A stretch of DNA of 64,000 bases from Negativicutes bacterium. Its GTDB lineage: Bacteria > Bacillota > Negativicutes > UBA1444. The notes under the pieces are model-generated. The model searched no databases and was not told where the DNA came from. It worked only from the letters and a program-made list of their open reading frames with translations. Below, one piece after another: positions 1-8,417 of this stretch (within the stretch, counting starts at the first letter, position 1; each line of letters starts with the position of its first letter). Made by a program: the position numbers and the translations under genes. The stretch spans positions 32,001 to 96,000 of the forward strand of contig CAXXIN010000009.1 in NCBI GenBank assembly GCA_963665275.2. The letters are read 5' to 3'.

Positions 1-156
1 GCGGACACAGCAAGTATTCATGACGATAATATCAGCCCGCTCAGGGTCATCGACAACACGACAACCTAGGCTTTCAAGCTGACCGGCGATTCGTTCTGAA
101 TCGCTCAGGTTCATCTGACAGCCAAAACTTTCAATTAGATACGATTGATACTGCAT
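1..156 (-). CDS. miaB: tRNA methylthiotransferase MiaB, N-terminal part (runs off window edge)
   Basis: Read manually (not in ORF track): ATG at 156 after AAAGGAG gives MQYQSYLIESFGCQMNLSDSERIAGQL...ADIIVMNTCCVR, with the GCQMN and NTCxVR motifs of MiaB. Confidence 0.85.
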   Translation of the reverse strand, partial: MQYQSYLIESFGCQMNLSDSERIAGQLESLGCRVVDDPERADIIVMNTCCVR

Positions 157-175
157 CGCGACTCCTTTCGACAAA

Positions 176-232
176 AAGCAATAAAAACAAAGGCGCTCTC
201 CCGATAAAAAACCGGCAGAGCGGCGAGATGAA
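176..232 (-). terminator. Possible intrinsic terminator between the DUF3870 gene and miaB
   Basis: Minus strand: imperfect GCTCT-GCCGGT/ATCGG-GAGAGC stem followed by a T-rich run (TTTGTTTTTATTGCTTTTT). Confidence 0.4.
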
Positions 233-243
233 ACGAATTAGGA

Positions 244-609
244 CTATTGGAGGTCCGATTCCGGGGCGGTTTGCTCCTCCATAAAGCTTCGGTATTTATC
301 ATATATGATACGCAACGAAGTCATGATCGCTTTTTTAGCGCTGCCCTGATATCTTTTGTCAATAATTCGCAACACCGAATCAGGTCCGTTTCGCATAGAG
401 TGCCCCAATAAAATACAGGAAACATATTCCCGGGCTACTGAAGTTGCGAGCGTACAGTCCGCCTGCACAATTTCACCAGTTTCCACGCGAATAACAAGGA
501 TAACTCCAATTACCTTGTACATTTCGCTTGCAGTTATACCAACAGGCAATTTCGCATATCCCGAAAACAGAACCAAGCCATCATCATTTGCAGCCAAGTC
601 CTCAATCAT
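244..609 (-). CDS. DUF3870-like protein of unknown function
   Basis: 121-aa ORF with SGYAKLPxGIT...GEIVxADCTLAT...RYQGSAKKAI, the pattern I recognise for DUF3870; GGAGG upstream. Confidence 0.7.
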   Translation of the reverse strand: MIEDLAANDDGLVLFSGYAKLPVGITASEMYKVIGVILVIRVETGEIVQADCTLATSVAREYVSCILLGHSMRNGPDSVLRIIDKRYQGSAKKAIMTSLRIIYDKYRSFMEEQTAPESDLQ

Positions 610-617
610 CCTCCCTA

Positions 618-1454
618 CTAACTTTTCGCATCGGCAACAATACCTCGTACAAAAATGTCAACATCAGTAACAGTCATCCATGTCATGTACTCGACCTGGG
701 TCTTAATCCTATCCTGAGCTGAATGAACCGCCTCTGGAATGTTGACGCCATACCGGACTGTGACGTCCAATCTCAAGATCAGTCCCCGTTCCTGTCTTTC
801 CATATTTTTCACGGATATACGAGTTACAGCAGCCCAAGCTTTGTCTTTCAGCAATTCCTCCCGCACAATCATAGCAACCGCACGCTCAGTAATGATAAGC
901 TTACCGAATACAGAGAACCTGTTAGGTCGTACAACCGATACTTCACCGAAATGATGCCTTGGCTGCCGCGAAGATTTTGCGAACAATCTCATCGGGTCAA
1001 TCAAAAAGTTGGGTAGATACGGTTGAAGTTCGATTTTTGGCACCGGGACAACGTGCTTATTCTGGGTGCGTCTCGTTTCCCTCGCCTTCATGATGGCAGC
1101 CGGTGTCGAGACATCATAAATATTGATGATTTGTGATGCAGGTGGTAATTGAAGCACACGAATGATCGTGTCAACCATGTTTCTTGATGTGCCCAAGACC
1201 AAAACCCGCGCCGCCTGCATTTTCGCCAATGCCGCACGAACTTGCAGCGCATGTTCGTCATCAGCGAATATCGCTTTTTTAACAGAGCGAATCTTATTAG
1301 TTTCATATTTGGCTGAAGTACCGGCAATGATTTTATTGTCCTTAATTAAAAGTCCATCATCAATAATCACATCTGCGCCACAATCATGGGCAACCTTGGA
1401 CGCTCTATGACTTTTGCCGGTTCCTGTCGGCCCGATGAATGCGACTACTTCCAA
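618..1454 (-). CDS. P-loop NTPase/kinase-like domain fused to a C-terminal Asp23/Gls24 domain
   Basis: N-terminal GPTGTGKS Walker A and IIDDGLL. The C-terminus GKLIITERAV...VRYGVNIPE...IKTQVEYMT..TVTDVDIFVRGI matches the Asp23/Gls24 family. TTG start after GGGAGG. Confidence 0.75.
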   Translation of the reverse strand: MEVVAFIGPTGTGKSHRASKVAHDCGADVIIDDGLLIKDNKIIAGTSAKYETNKIRSVKKAIFADDEHALQVRAALAKMQAARVLVLGTSRNMVDTIIRVLQLPPASQIINIYDVSTPAAIMKARETRRTQNKHVVPVPKIELQPYLPNFLIDPMRLFAKSSRQPRHHFGEVSVVRPNRFSVFGKLIITERAVAMIVREELLKDKAWAAVTRISVKNMERQERGLILRLDVTVRYGVNIPEAVHSAQDRIKTQVEYMTWMTVTDVDIFVRGIVADAKS

Positions 1455-1518
1455 GACACAGTCCTCCCGACAGGCAAACTATATTGGGGACCCTGCCTGA
1501 GAACAGAATCCGCTCTCA

Positions 1519-1779
1519 TTATCTGGGTTCGACAATCAATTTTATGGCGGTTTTCTCTTCTCCCTCGATCATAAGGTCAGTAAAAGCCGGAATACATATC
1601 AAATCGATCCCTTGCACCGCAACAAAGCCACGAGCAATTGCCACAGCCTTAACGGCCTGGTTCAGCGCTCCGGCCCCAATAGCCTGAAGCTCTGCAGAAC
1701 CTTGCTCACGAACCACTCCGGCTAGTGCCCCTGCAACAGAATTGGGATTGGACTTGGCTGACACTTTCAAAACACCCAT
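1519..1779 (-). CDS. spoVS: Stage V sporulation protein S (Alba-like fold)
   Basis: 86 aa, LKVSAKSNPNSVAGALAG...QAIGAGALNQAVKAVAIARG, the characteristic SpoVS sequence. Confidence 0.95.
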   Translation of the reverse strand: MGVLKVSAKSNPNSVAGALAGVVREQGSAELQAIGAGALNQAVKAVAIARGFVAVQGIDLICIPAFTDLMIEGEEKTAIKLIVEPR

Positions 1780-1824
1780 GCTTTGACTGCCCCCTCCTCC
1801 CGATACGAATCTATTGTATCCTCA

Positions 1825-1853
1825 TAATTCGTCAGTCCCGTTGAAAATCCTGC
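1825..1853 (-). promoter_or_regulatory. Sigma-H-type promoter of spoVS
   Basis: Minus strand GCAGGATTT-N11-GACGAATTA fits the sigma-H consensus (AGGA...GAAT). spoVS is sigma-H dependent in B. subtilis. Confidence 0.7.
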
Positions 1854-1855
1854 TG

Positions 1856-2392
1856 CTATTTGCTAAAAACTAAAACTCGTCCATTCTCTCGCAACGCGGT
1901 GAGATTTTTCGCCGCACGTTGAGCGCGAACTGTATCGAACATGTTATCAATCAAATCTTCGGGAAAATCAATCTCATCCATAAAATCCGGCACAAATTCC
2001 GAATCGTCAAGAATCAGGCAGTCGTGAAATTTCTCTACCAGCAAGGTGCTGAGTAGAATAATCTCCCCCTTGGACAGACTGGCAATATCCCGAACGATCG
2101 AAAGCATGCAAAATTTTTCATAGGGTTGTTTGGTCTCAATTTTTACACACGAAGGCTCTTTCCCCGTAATATAATGATAAGCCTTTAAGTGAGATGCGAT
2201 GGTTTTTTGGAAAGACTCGATATCTTCTGTTGATACTGTCTGTGACAGCATGAAGTTTAACGACAATATTCCGTGTTTCGAGTCAAATTGAATTGTGCCA
2301 ATCTGCGGAAATCGCACCAATATAGAAATCAACAGACTTACGCCATCTGAGCTGCGCGGATCTGCAGTATTCGAAGAAATTATGTTCGACAT
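1856..2392 (-). CDS. Hypothetical protein between rny and spoVS
   Basis: 178-aa ORF with RBS (GAGGCGAGGG), an acidic patch near the C-terminus and the ending RENGRVLVFSK. No recognised domain. Confidence 0.75.
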   Translation of the reverse strand: MSNIISSNTADPRSSDGVSLLISILVRFPQIGTIQFDSKHGILSLNFMLSQTVSTEDIESFQKTIASHLKAYHYITGKEPSCVKIETKQPYEKFCMLSIVRDIASLSKGEIILLSTLLVEKFHDCLILDDSEFVPDFMDEIDFPEDLIDNMFDTVRAQRAAKNLTALRENGRVLVFSK

Positions 2393-2424
2393 AGCCCTCG
2401 CCTCTTTTCACAAACCAAAAAGTC

Positions 2425-2452
2425 GGAAACGACCTTGATTAAGGTCGTTTCC
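2425..2452 (-). terminator. Hairpin/terminator downstream of rny
   Basis: Perfect 12-bp inverted repeat GGAAACGACCTT-GATT-AAGGTCGTTTCC; the minus strand continues GACTTTTT. Confidence 0.6.
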
Positions 2453-2469
2453 AGATCATATCAATTGTC

Positions 2470-4005
2470 CTACTTCGCGTAGTCAACAGCACGGGTTTCC
2501 CGAATCACCGTGACACGGATCTGTCCTGGGTAATCCATATCCGATTCTATTCGTTTAACGATATCCTTTGCCAACCGTATTGAGGCCAAATCATCAATTT
2601 TATCAGGTTTAACCATAATCCTAACTTCACGACCTGCCTGAATAGCATATGATTTGTCGACACCTTCGAAAGAGTCGGCAATCTCTTCCAGTTTAGTCAA
2701 GCGTTTGATATAACTCTCAAGAGTTTCACGGCGAGCGCCTGGTCTAGCTGCCGAAACCGCATCCGAAGCGGCCACGAGAACCGCTTGGATCGTTTTGGGT
2801 TCTTCATCTCCATGATGAGCTACAATTGCATTAACCACATCCGCCGATTCACGGTATTTTTTGGCCAGATCTCCACCAATCGTGACATGGGGTCCCTCGA
2901 CTTCGTGATCAATGGCTTTACCGATATCGTGCAGCAATCCGGCGCGTTTCGCCAAAGTAACATCCACACCGAGTTCTGCTGCCATGACCCCCGCCAGATG
3001 GGAAACCTCTATGGAATGTTTCAATACATTCTGTCCGTAACTGGTGCGATATTTCAATCTGCCCAATAATCTTATAAGTTCAGGATGTAAGCCATGAATA
3101 CCGGTTTCAAAAGTTGCCTGCTCGCCAGCATCTTTAATGCGCTGTTCAACTTCTTTTTGCGCTTTTTCAACAGTTTCCTCAATTCTAGCAGGGTGAATTC
3201 GGCCGTCACTGATCAATTTTTCCAGTGCCAGACGTGCCACTTCCCGCCGAACAGGATCAAATCCGGAGATCAATATGGCTTCGGGGGTATCATCAATGAT
3301 TAAATCAATCCCAGTCAACGCTTCGAGGGTCCGAATATTTCTTCCCTCGCGACCAATAATACGACCCTTCATTTCATCATTTGGCAGGCTGACTACCGAT
3401 ACAGTAGTCTCGGCTGCATGATCGGCTGCGCAGCGTTGGATAGCCAATGAAACAATTTCGCGCGCTTTCTTATCTGCTTCTTCTTTGGCCTGATGTTCCA
3501 AATCTTTAATTAAAACAGCCATTTCGTGGCGTGTTTCCTGTTCAACATTGGCTAACAGGACACTTTTCGCTTCTTCTTGAGTCAATCCAGCCAATCGTTC
3601 GAGTTCATCCACTTGTTTTTGATACAGACCATTAATACGATCTTGCTTATCTTCTACTTCAGCTTCGCGTTTACTGATATTTTCTTCTTTTTTCTCCATG
3701 GACTCAATCTTGCGATCCATGTTTTCTTCTTTTTGTTGCAAACGGCGTTCCATTCTCTGAACTTCAGATCGCCGTTCTTTGAGTTCGCGCTCAGCTTCCC
3801 CTCGAAAGCGATGGATTTCTTCTTTGGCTTCAATTAACGATTCTTTCTTTTTAGCATCCGCACTGTGTTGAGCATCATCAAGGATTTTTCTGGCAGCTTC
3901 TTCTGCCGAGGCAATCTTTGCTTCCGCCAATTTTTTGCGAATCCAGTAGCCGACTGCGGTTCCCCCGGCAGCAGCAACCAAGGCAAAAATTACATTTTCA
4001 ACAAT
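2470..4005 (-). CDS. rny: Ribonuclease Y
   Basis: N-terminal TM helix, coiled coil, KH motif ([13 protein letters not shown]) and HD motif (LLHDIGK). Start placed at the in-frame ATT at 4005, 9 nt after AGGAGG (511 aa). The ORF track extends to a TTG at 4086 that lacks an RBS. Confidence 0.95.
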   Translation of the reverse strand: MVENVIFALVAAAGGTAVGYWIRKKLAEAKIASAEEAARKILDDAQHSADAKKKESLIEAKEEIHRFRGEAERELKERRSEVQRMERRLQQKEENMDRKIESMEKKEENISKREAEVEDKQDRINGLYQKQVDELERLAGLTQEEAKSVLLANVEQETRHEMAVLIKDLEHQAKEEADKKAREIVSLAIQRCAADHAAETTVSVVSLPNDEMKGRIIGREGRNIRTLEALTGIDLIIDDTPEAILISGFDPVRREVARLALEKLISDGRIHPARIEETVEKAQKEVEQRIKDAGEQATFETGIHGLHPELIRLLGRLKYRTSYGQNVLKHSIEVSHLAGVMAAELGVDVTLAKRAGLLHDIGKAIDHEVEGPHVTIGGDLAKKYRESADVVNAIVAHHGDEEPKTIQAVLVAASDAVSAARPGARRETLESYIKRLTKLEEIADSFEGVDKSYAIQAGREVRIMVKPDKIDDLASIRLAKDIVKRIESDMDYPGQIRVTVIRETRAVDYAK

Positions 4006-4042
4006 GGTGGTTTGCCTCCTCTCATTATTCGATAGTAAGGGT

Positions 4043-4067
4043 AAAGCCGAGTACATACTCGGCTTTT
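4043..4067 (-). promoter_or_regulatory. Hairpin in the rny 5' leader
   Basis: Inverted repeat AAAGCCGAGTA-CA-TACTCGGCTTT between the promoter and the RBS. Confidence 0.55.
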
Positions 4068-4141
4068 CAAAGTAACCATTCCTCAATCAGGTTGTCTCGT
4101 GTCACAACTTGACAGTTTCCGGTCACACGATTGGCGATTTC

Positions 4142-4170
4142 ATTGTAATTCTTTTTGAACAAAGTGTCAA
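4142..4170 (-). promoter_or_regulatory. Sigma-A promoter of rny
   Basis: Minus strand TTGACA-N17-TACAAT. Confidence 0.75.
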
Positions 4171-4182
4171 GGTTGAGCCGCT

Positions 4183-4641
4183 TCAGTACTGATGTTTGCG
4201 GCATTCGTCAGCTAAACGCCGCAGTATACCGGAAGAAAAACCCCGGTTGGTAAGAAAACGTGCAAGCCGGGGAAAAACGGTGACGTCCAGAGTGGAGAAA
4301 TGTTTCTTGACCAATTCAAGAGCAATCAACCATTCTTCTTCTTCGGAACAGCTTTCCCTGATTTTTTCCCCGGAAACCTGCAACCCTCTCTGACGAAGTT
4401 TTTCTGTGATTCCCCTAACTCCATGTCTCTTATCTGTCAACAATTTTTCGATCGTACGCTGAGCAGCCCTCTCATCATTGATATAACCCTTTCCCCGCAA
4501 TATCTCCAAAGTCTCATCGACTTCGTCGCGTTTAAATTCTTTATGCTGAAGCTTGAGGCGAAGCTCCATTTCCGTAAGTTCGCGTCTGGCAAGCAAACGG
4601 ACCGCTGTTTCCAGCGGTCCTTCCATGTTCCCGGTTTTCAC
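4183..4641 (-). CDS. recX: Regulatory protein RecX
   Basis: [19 protein letters not shown]...GYIND..A...FLTNRGF. The GTG start overlaps the recA stop (GTGA). Confidence 0.9.
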   Translation of the reverse strand: MKTGNMEGPLETAVRLLARRELTEMELRLKLQHKEFKRDEVDETLEILRGKGYINDERAAQRTIEKLLTDKRHGVRGITEKLRQRGLQVSGEKIRESCSEEEEWLIALELVKKHFSTLDVTVFPRLARFLTNRGFSSGILRRLADECRKHQY

Positions 4642-5687
4642 TCTGCCTCTTCCACTTCTGCCACTTCGTCTTCGACCGTCGTTGGAAGCGTCAGCAGTTT
4701 GCCCATCGCTGCATCGCGAATGCGAGCTTCCAGTTCCTCTGTCATCTGAGGATTCTTGCGCAGAAAATCTTTAACATTTTCCCGGCCTTGACCTAGCCGA
4801 GTTTCTTTATACGAGTACCATGCGCCGCTCTTCGTAAAAATCTCCATTTCTGTAGCCAAATCAACAACGCTGCCTTCCCGCGAAATGCCTTCACCGAAAA
4901 TAATATCAAATTCAGCTTGCCGGAAAGGCGGAGCCACTTTATTTTTGACAACCTTCACCCGGGTACGGTTGCCGATAATCACATTATCCTGTTTGATGCT
5001 GTCGATCCGCCGAACATCCAGACGAATACTAGAGTAGAATTTCAACGCTCGCCCGCCGGTGGTAGTTTCCGGATTGCCAAACATCACGCCGACTTTTTCC
5101 CGCAATTGATTGATGAAGATCGTCGTTGTTCTGGATTTCGAAATGATGCCGGTTAATTTCCTGAGAGCCTGGGACATCAGACGGGCATGGAGTCCAACAT
5201 GCGAATCGCCCATATCTCCTTCAATCTCGGCTTTTGGAACCAATGCTGCCACAGAGTCAACGACGATAATGTCAATCGCTCCGCTTCGCACAAGAGCTTC
5301 CGCTATCTCCAATGCCTGCTCGCCATAATCAGGCTGTGAAATCAGTAGATTATCAATATCGACTCCCAATTTTCTCGCATATAAGGGGTCGAGGGCGTGT
5401 TCCGCATCAATGAAGGCTGCCACACCGCCAGCTTTTTGAGCTTGAGCGATAATTTGCAGGGAAACTGTTGTTTTACCCGAGGATTCCGGCCCGAAGATTT
5501 CCACGACACGTCCACGCGGAACACCCCCAATGCCCAGAGCAATATCCAAACCGAGCGACCCGGTCGGGATATACTCCACGTTCAGCCTCGATGAGGCCTC
5601 TCCGAGTTTCCAAATGGATCCCTTGCCAAAATCCTTTTCAATCTGATGCAGCGCGTTGTCCAATGCTTTTGACTTTTCTTTATCCAT
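4638..5687 (-). CDS. recA: Recombinase RecA
   Basis: GPESSGKTT Walker [24 protein letters not shown] at 5687 after AGAGGAGG. Confidence 0.98.
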   Translation of the reverse strand: MDKEKSKALDNALHQIEKDFGKGSIWKLGEASSRLNVEYIPTGSLGLDIALGIGGVPRGRVVEIFGPESSGKTTVSLQIIAQAQKAGGVAAFIDAEHALDPLYARKLGVDIDNLLISQPDYGEQALEIAEALVRSGAIDIIVVDSVAALVPKAEIEGDMGDSHVGLHARLMSQALRKLTGIISKSRTTTIFINQLREKVGVMFGNPETTTGGRALKFYSSIRLDVRRIDSIKQDNVIIGNRTRVKVVKNKVAPPFRQAEFDIIFGEGISREGSVVDLATEMEIFTKSGAWYSYKETRLGQGRENVKDFLRKNPQMTEELEARIRDAAMGKLLTLPTTVEDEVAEVEEAE

Positions 5688-5730
5688 GGTATGTCCTCCT
5701 CTTTTGAGTGGCACCTTGTAGCTCAATGTC

Positions 5731-5759
5731 ATTATACAAACATACGTTCGTTATGTCAA
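5731..5759 (-). promoter_or_regulatory. recA sigma-A promoter with a LexA (SOS/Cheo) box in the spacer
   Basis: Minus strand TTGACA-N17-TATAAT (perfect consensus). The spacer contains CGAACGTATGTTTG (5737-5750), matching the Firmicutes CGAAC-N4-GTTYG box. Confidence 0.9.
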
Positions 5760-5773
5760 TTGTTTTGCAGATA

Positions 5774-7024
5774 TTAATTTTTCAAATATCGACGAAGCAA
5801 ATCCAATGCAGCATTCACCGTCCGGGCCTTGATCGCGGTCCGCTGACCAGTGAACCGTTCTTCTTCCACCATGCTTCCATTCGGTCCGGCTACAGCAATG
5901 TAAACCAGGCCCACCGGTTTCTCTGCAGTTCCGCCATCAGGTCCGGCGATTCCGGTAACACCCACGCCGATATCCGCACCGAACCGCTGCCTGATCCCTT
6001 CGGCCATCGCACGGGCCGTCTCTTCGCTGACGGCGCCCTTTTCTTGCAATACCGTTTCAGGCACACCAACGAAATCTGTTTTAATTCGGTTATTGTAAGA
6101 TACCACCGAGCCTATCAGATACGCCGAGCTTCCGGGAACATCCGTCAATCTGGCTGATACGGCGCCGCCAGTGCAGGATTCGGCCAAGGCCACTGTATAA
6201 TTTTTCGTAGCCAACACTTCTCCGACAATCTGTTCCAACGTTTGCTCATCTGTGCCGAAAACATATTCGCCGATTCGCTCACGAATCTTAGGTTCCAAAT
6301 CACCGATAAGTTGATTCGCCAGCTCTGCGGTTTCACCCTTCGCCGTCAACCTTACGTGAATTTCACCGCTACGGGCCAATAAGGCCAGCGTGGGATTTTT
6401 TTGCGCCATGATATAATCATGAATCCGTTCTTCCAATGCAGACTCGCCCAGCCCGATAGTTCGGAGAACCTTGGACACGATGAGTCCCTGGTTGCCGAAT
6501 CGATTCTGAAAATAGGGCAGAATCCCATTTTCAAACATATGCTCCAATTCCATTGGCGGCCCTGGCAGATGGATGATCGTTTTCTCTTCATGTTCTAAAA
6601 TGACGCCAGGTGCTGTCCCACGAAAATTTTTGACGATGATTGCGCCTTCGGGCATCATAGCCTGCCGGAGGTTGTTTTGGGTCATCGTCAGATGCCGCCG
6701 TTCAAAAAAGCCTTTAATGTGTTCGACGCTTTCGTCATGTAAATACATCGGCCGTTCCAGCAGTTCAGCGGTCACTTCTTTGGTTATATCTCCTCGCGTC
6801 GGCCCCAGTCCGCCGCTGGTAATAACAATGTCGGAGCGTTCCAAGGCAATAGCCAGCACGCTGCCCATCCGCTTGCGGTTATCCCCCACCGTAGTCTGGT
6901 ATACGGCATCATAACCGATTTCATTAAGCTTTCGCGCGAGGTAGGGGGCATTGGTGTTGACGATCTGCCCCAGCAGCAATTCGGAGCCGGTACTGACAAT
7001 TTCGACTATCATCTCAAAGTTCAT
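5774..7024 (-). CDS. cinA: Competence/damage-inducible protein CinA (MocF-like domain + PncC NMN deamidase)
   Basis: STGSELLLGQIVNTNA, GGLGPTRGD, AESCTGG, GAVSEETA, GVTGIAGP. The true start may be the ATG at 7012. Confidence 0.95.
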   Translation of the reverse strand: MNFEMIVEIVSTGSELLLGQIVNTNAPYLARKLNEIGYDAVYQTTVGDNRKRMGSVLAIALERSDIVITSGGLGPTRGDITKEVTAELLERPMYLHDESVEHIKGFFERRHLTMTQNNLRQAMMPEGAIIVKNFRGTAPGVILEHEEKTIIHLPGPPMELEHMFENGILPYFQNRFGNQGLIVSKVLRTIGLGESALEERIHDYIMAQKNPTLALLARSGEIHVRLTAKGETAELANQLIGDLEPKIRERIGEYVFGTDEQTLEQIVGEVLATKNYTVALAESCTGGAVSARLTDVPGSSAYLIGSVVSYNNRIKTDFVGVPETVLQEKGAVSEETARAMAEGIRQRFGADIGVGVTGIAGPDGGTAEKPVGLVYIAVAGPNGSMVEEERFTGQRTAIKARTVNAALDLLRRYLKN

Positions 7025-7041
7025 CCCTTTCGCTAATGGCT

Positions 7042-8370
7042 TTAGTCGATGACTTCCGCCATTCTGTCATAACAGAAACCCTGGGTTATTCGTATACAGA
7101 CAAATTCGCCTATAGAAACGTCACCGGCATTTTCAATATACACGGTGCCGTCAATATCCGGAGCCTCCCGTTCAGTGCGTCCAAACCCCAGACTGGGATC
7201 CTCTTCGTCGTGTCCTTCAATCAAAGCCTCATATTCTCTGCCCTCGGAAGCTTTGTTGATTTCTTCTGAAATGCCTGCCTGCACGGCCATCAAATCATTG
7301 AACCGTTCTTCCTTGATTTCTTCCGGTACTTGTTCGTCAAAGCCGGCGGCATCGGTGCCTTCCTCCGCCGAATACTGGAATACCCCGACGTGGTCGATGC
7401 GCTTCTCTTCGACAAACGTTCGAAGCTCCTGATAATGCGCCTCTGTTTCCCCCGGCAGTCCGACGATGAACGTCGTGCGAATCGCTATATCCGGCATCTG
7501 CAGTCGCAATTCGGCAATAAGCCTCTCGATATCGGCGCGTCGATCGGGTCGGCGCATGGCTCGCAGCAAATCGTCATGAACATGCTGCAGTGGAATATCC
7601 ACATACTTGCAAATTTTCGGTTCTGTCGCCATGAACGCGATCAGATCCGCCGTAAAATGTTTGGGGTAACTGTAAAGAATACGAATCCGGAAGTGACCCT
7701 CAACGGCAGTCAACGCCTGCAGCAACTCCAATAGCTTAGGCCGGCCATAAAGATCAATTCCGTAGCTTGTTGTATCCTGGGCAACGAGATTGATTTCCCG
7801 AACGCCGTCCGCTACCAATCCAGCGACTTCTTCCCGCAGCGACTCAATCGTCCTGCTGATGAGTGGACCGCGAATTTGCGGAATCGCACAAAAAGCGCAG
7901 GTGTGATTGCACCCTTCAGCTATTTTTACATAGGCCCAGTGAGCGGGGGTTGAAAGGATACGCGGCATGCCGGCCTCAGGTAAAATAGCGTGTCCTTCCG
8001 TAAAATTCGGCCGTTTTCCATCAAAAGCCGCCACAATGGCTTCCGGCAAACGGTTCCACGCTCCGGTTCCCACGATGGCGTCCAATTCCGGAAGCTCTCT
8101 CATCAAATCACCGCCATATCTCTGCCCCAGGCAGCCAGCCAAGATCAAAACTTTGCAGCAGCCTGATTTTTTATACTCCGATAGCTGCAACAACATATCA
8201 ATCGACTCTGTTTTCGCTGATTCTATAAAGCCGCAGGAGTTGACTACCAGCACTACCGCCTCTGCCGGATCATCTGTAGCTTCATAGCCATGTTCCCTCA
8301 ACAGCCCCAGCATCAATTCAGAGTCCACTAAATTTTTCGAGCACCCGAGACTGACCAATCCTATTTTCAC
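7042..8370 (-). CDS. rimO: Ribosomal protein S12 methylthiotransferase RimO
   Basis: SLGCSKNLVDSE, NSCGFIESAK, radical SAM motif CNHTCAFC, and C-terminal TRAM (APDIDG). Confidence 0.95.
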   Translation of the reverse strand: MKIGLVSLGCSKNLVDSELMLGLLREHGYEATDDPAEAVVLVVNSCGFIESAKTESIDMLLQLSEYKKSGCCKVLILAGCLGQRYGGDLMRELPELDAIVGTGAWNRLPEAIVAAFDGKRPNFTEGHAILPEAGMPRILSTPAHWAYVKIAEGCNHTCAFCAIPQIRGPLISRTIESLREEVAGLVADGVREINLVAQDTTSYGIDLYGRPKLLELLQALTAVEGHFRIRILYSYPKHFTADLIAFMATEPKICKYVDIPLQHVHDDLLRAMRRPDRRADIERLIAELRLQMPDIAIRTTFIVGLPGETEAHYQELRTFVEEKRIDHVGVFQYSAEEGTDAAGFDEQVPEEIKEERFNDLMAVQAGISEEINKASEGREYEALIEGHDEEDPSLGFGRTEREAPDIDGTVYIENAGDVSIGEFVCIRITQGFCYDRMAEVID

Positions 8371-8417
8371 AGTTCGTACTCCTTATCCATTGAAGTTCAA
8401 TATGCCAGTTTGATAAT

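Noticed and set aside
4157-4168. Partial SOS-like sequence in the rny promoter
   Set aside because: Only one half-site matches (GACA-N4-GTTC).
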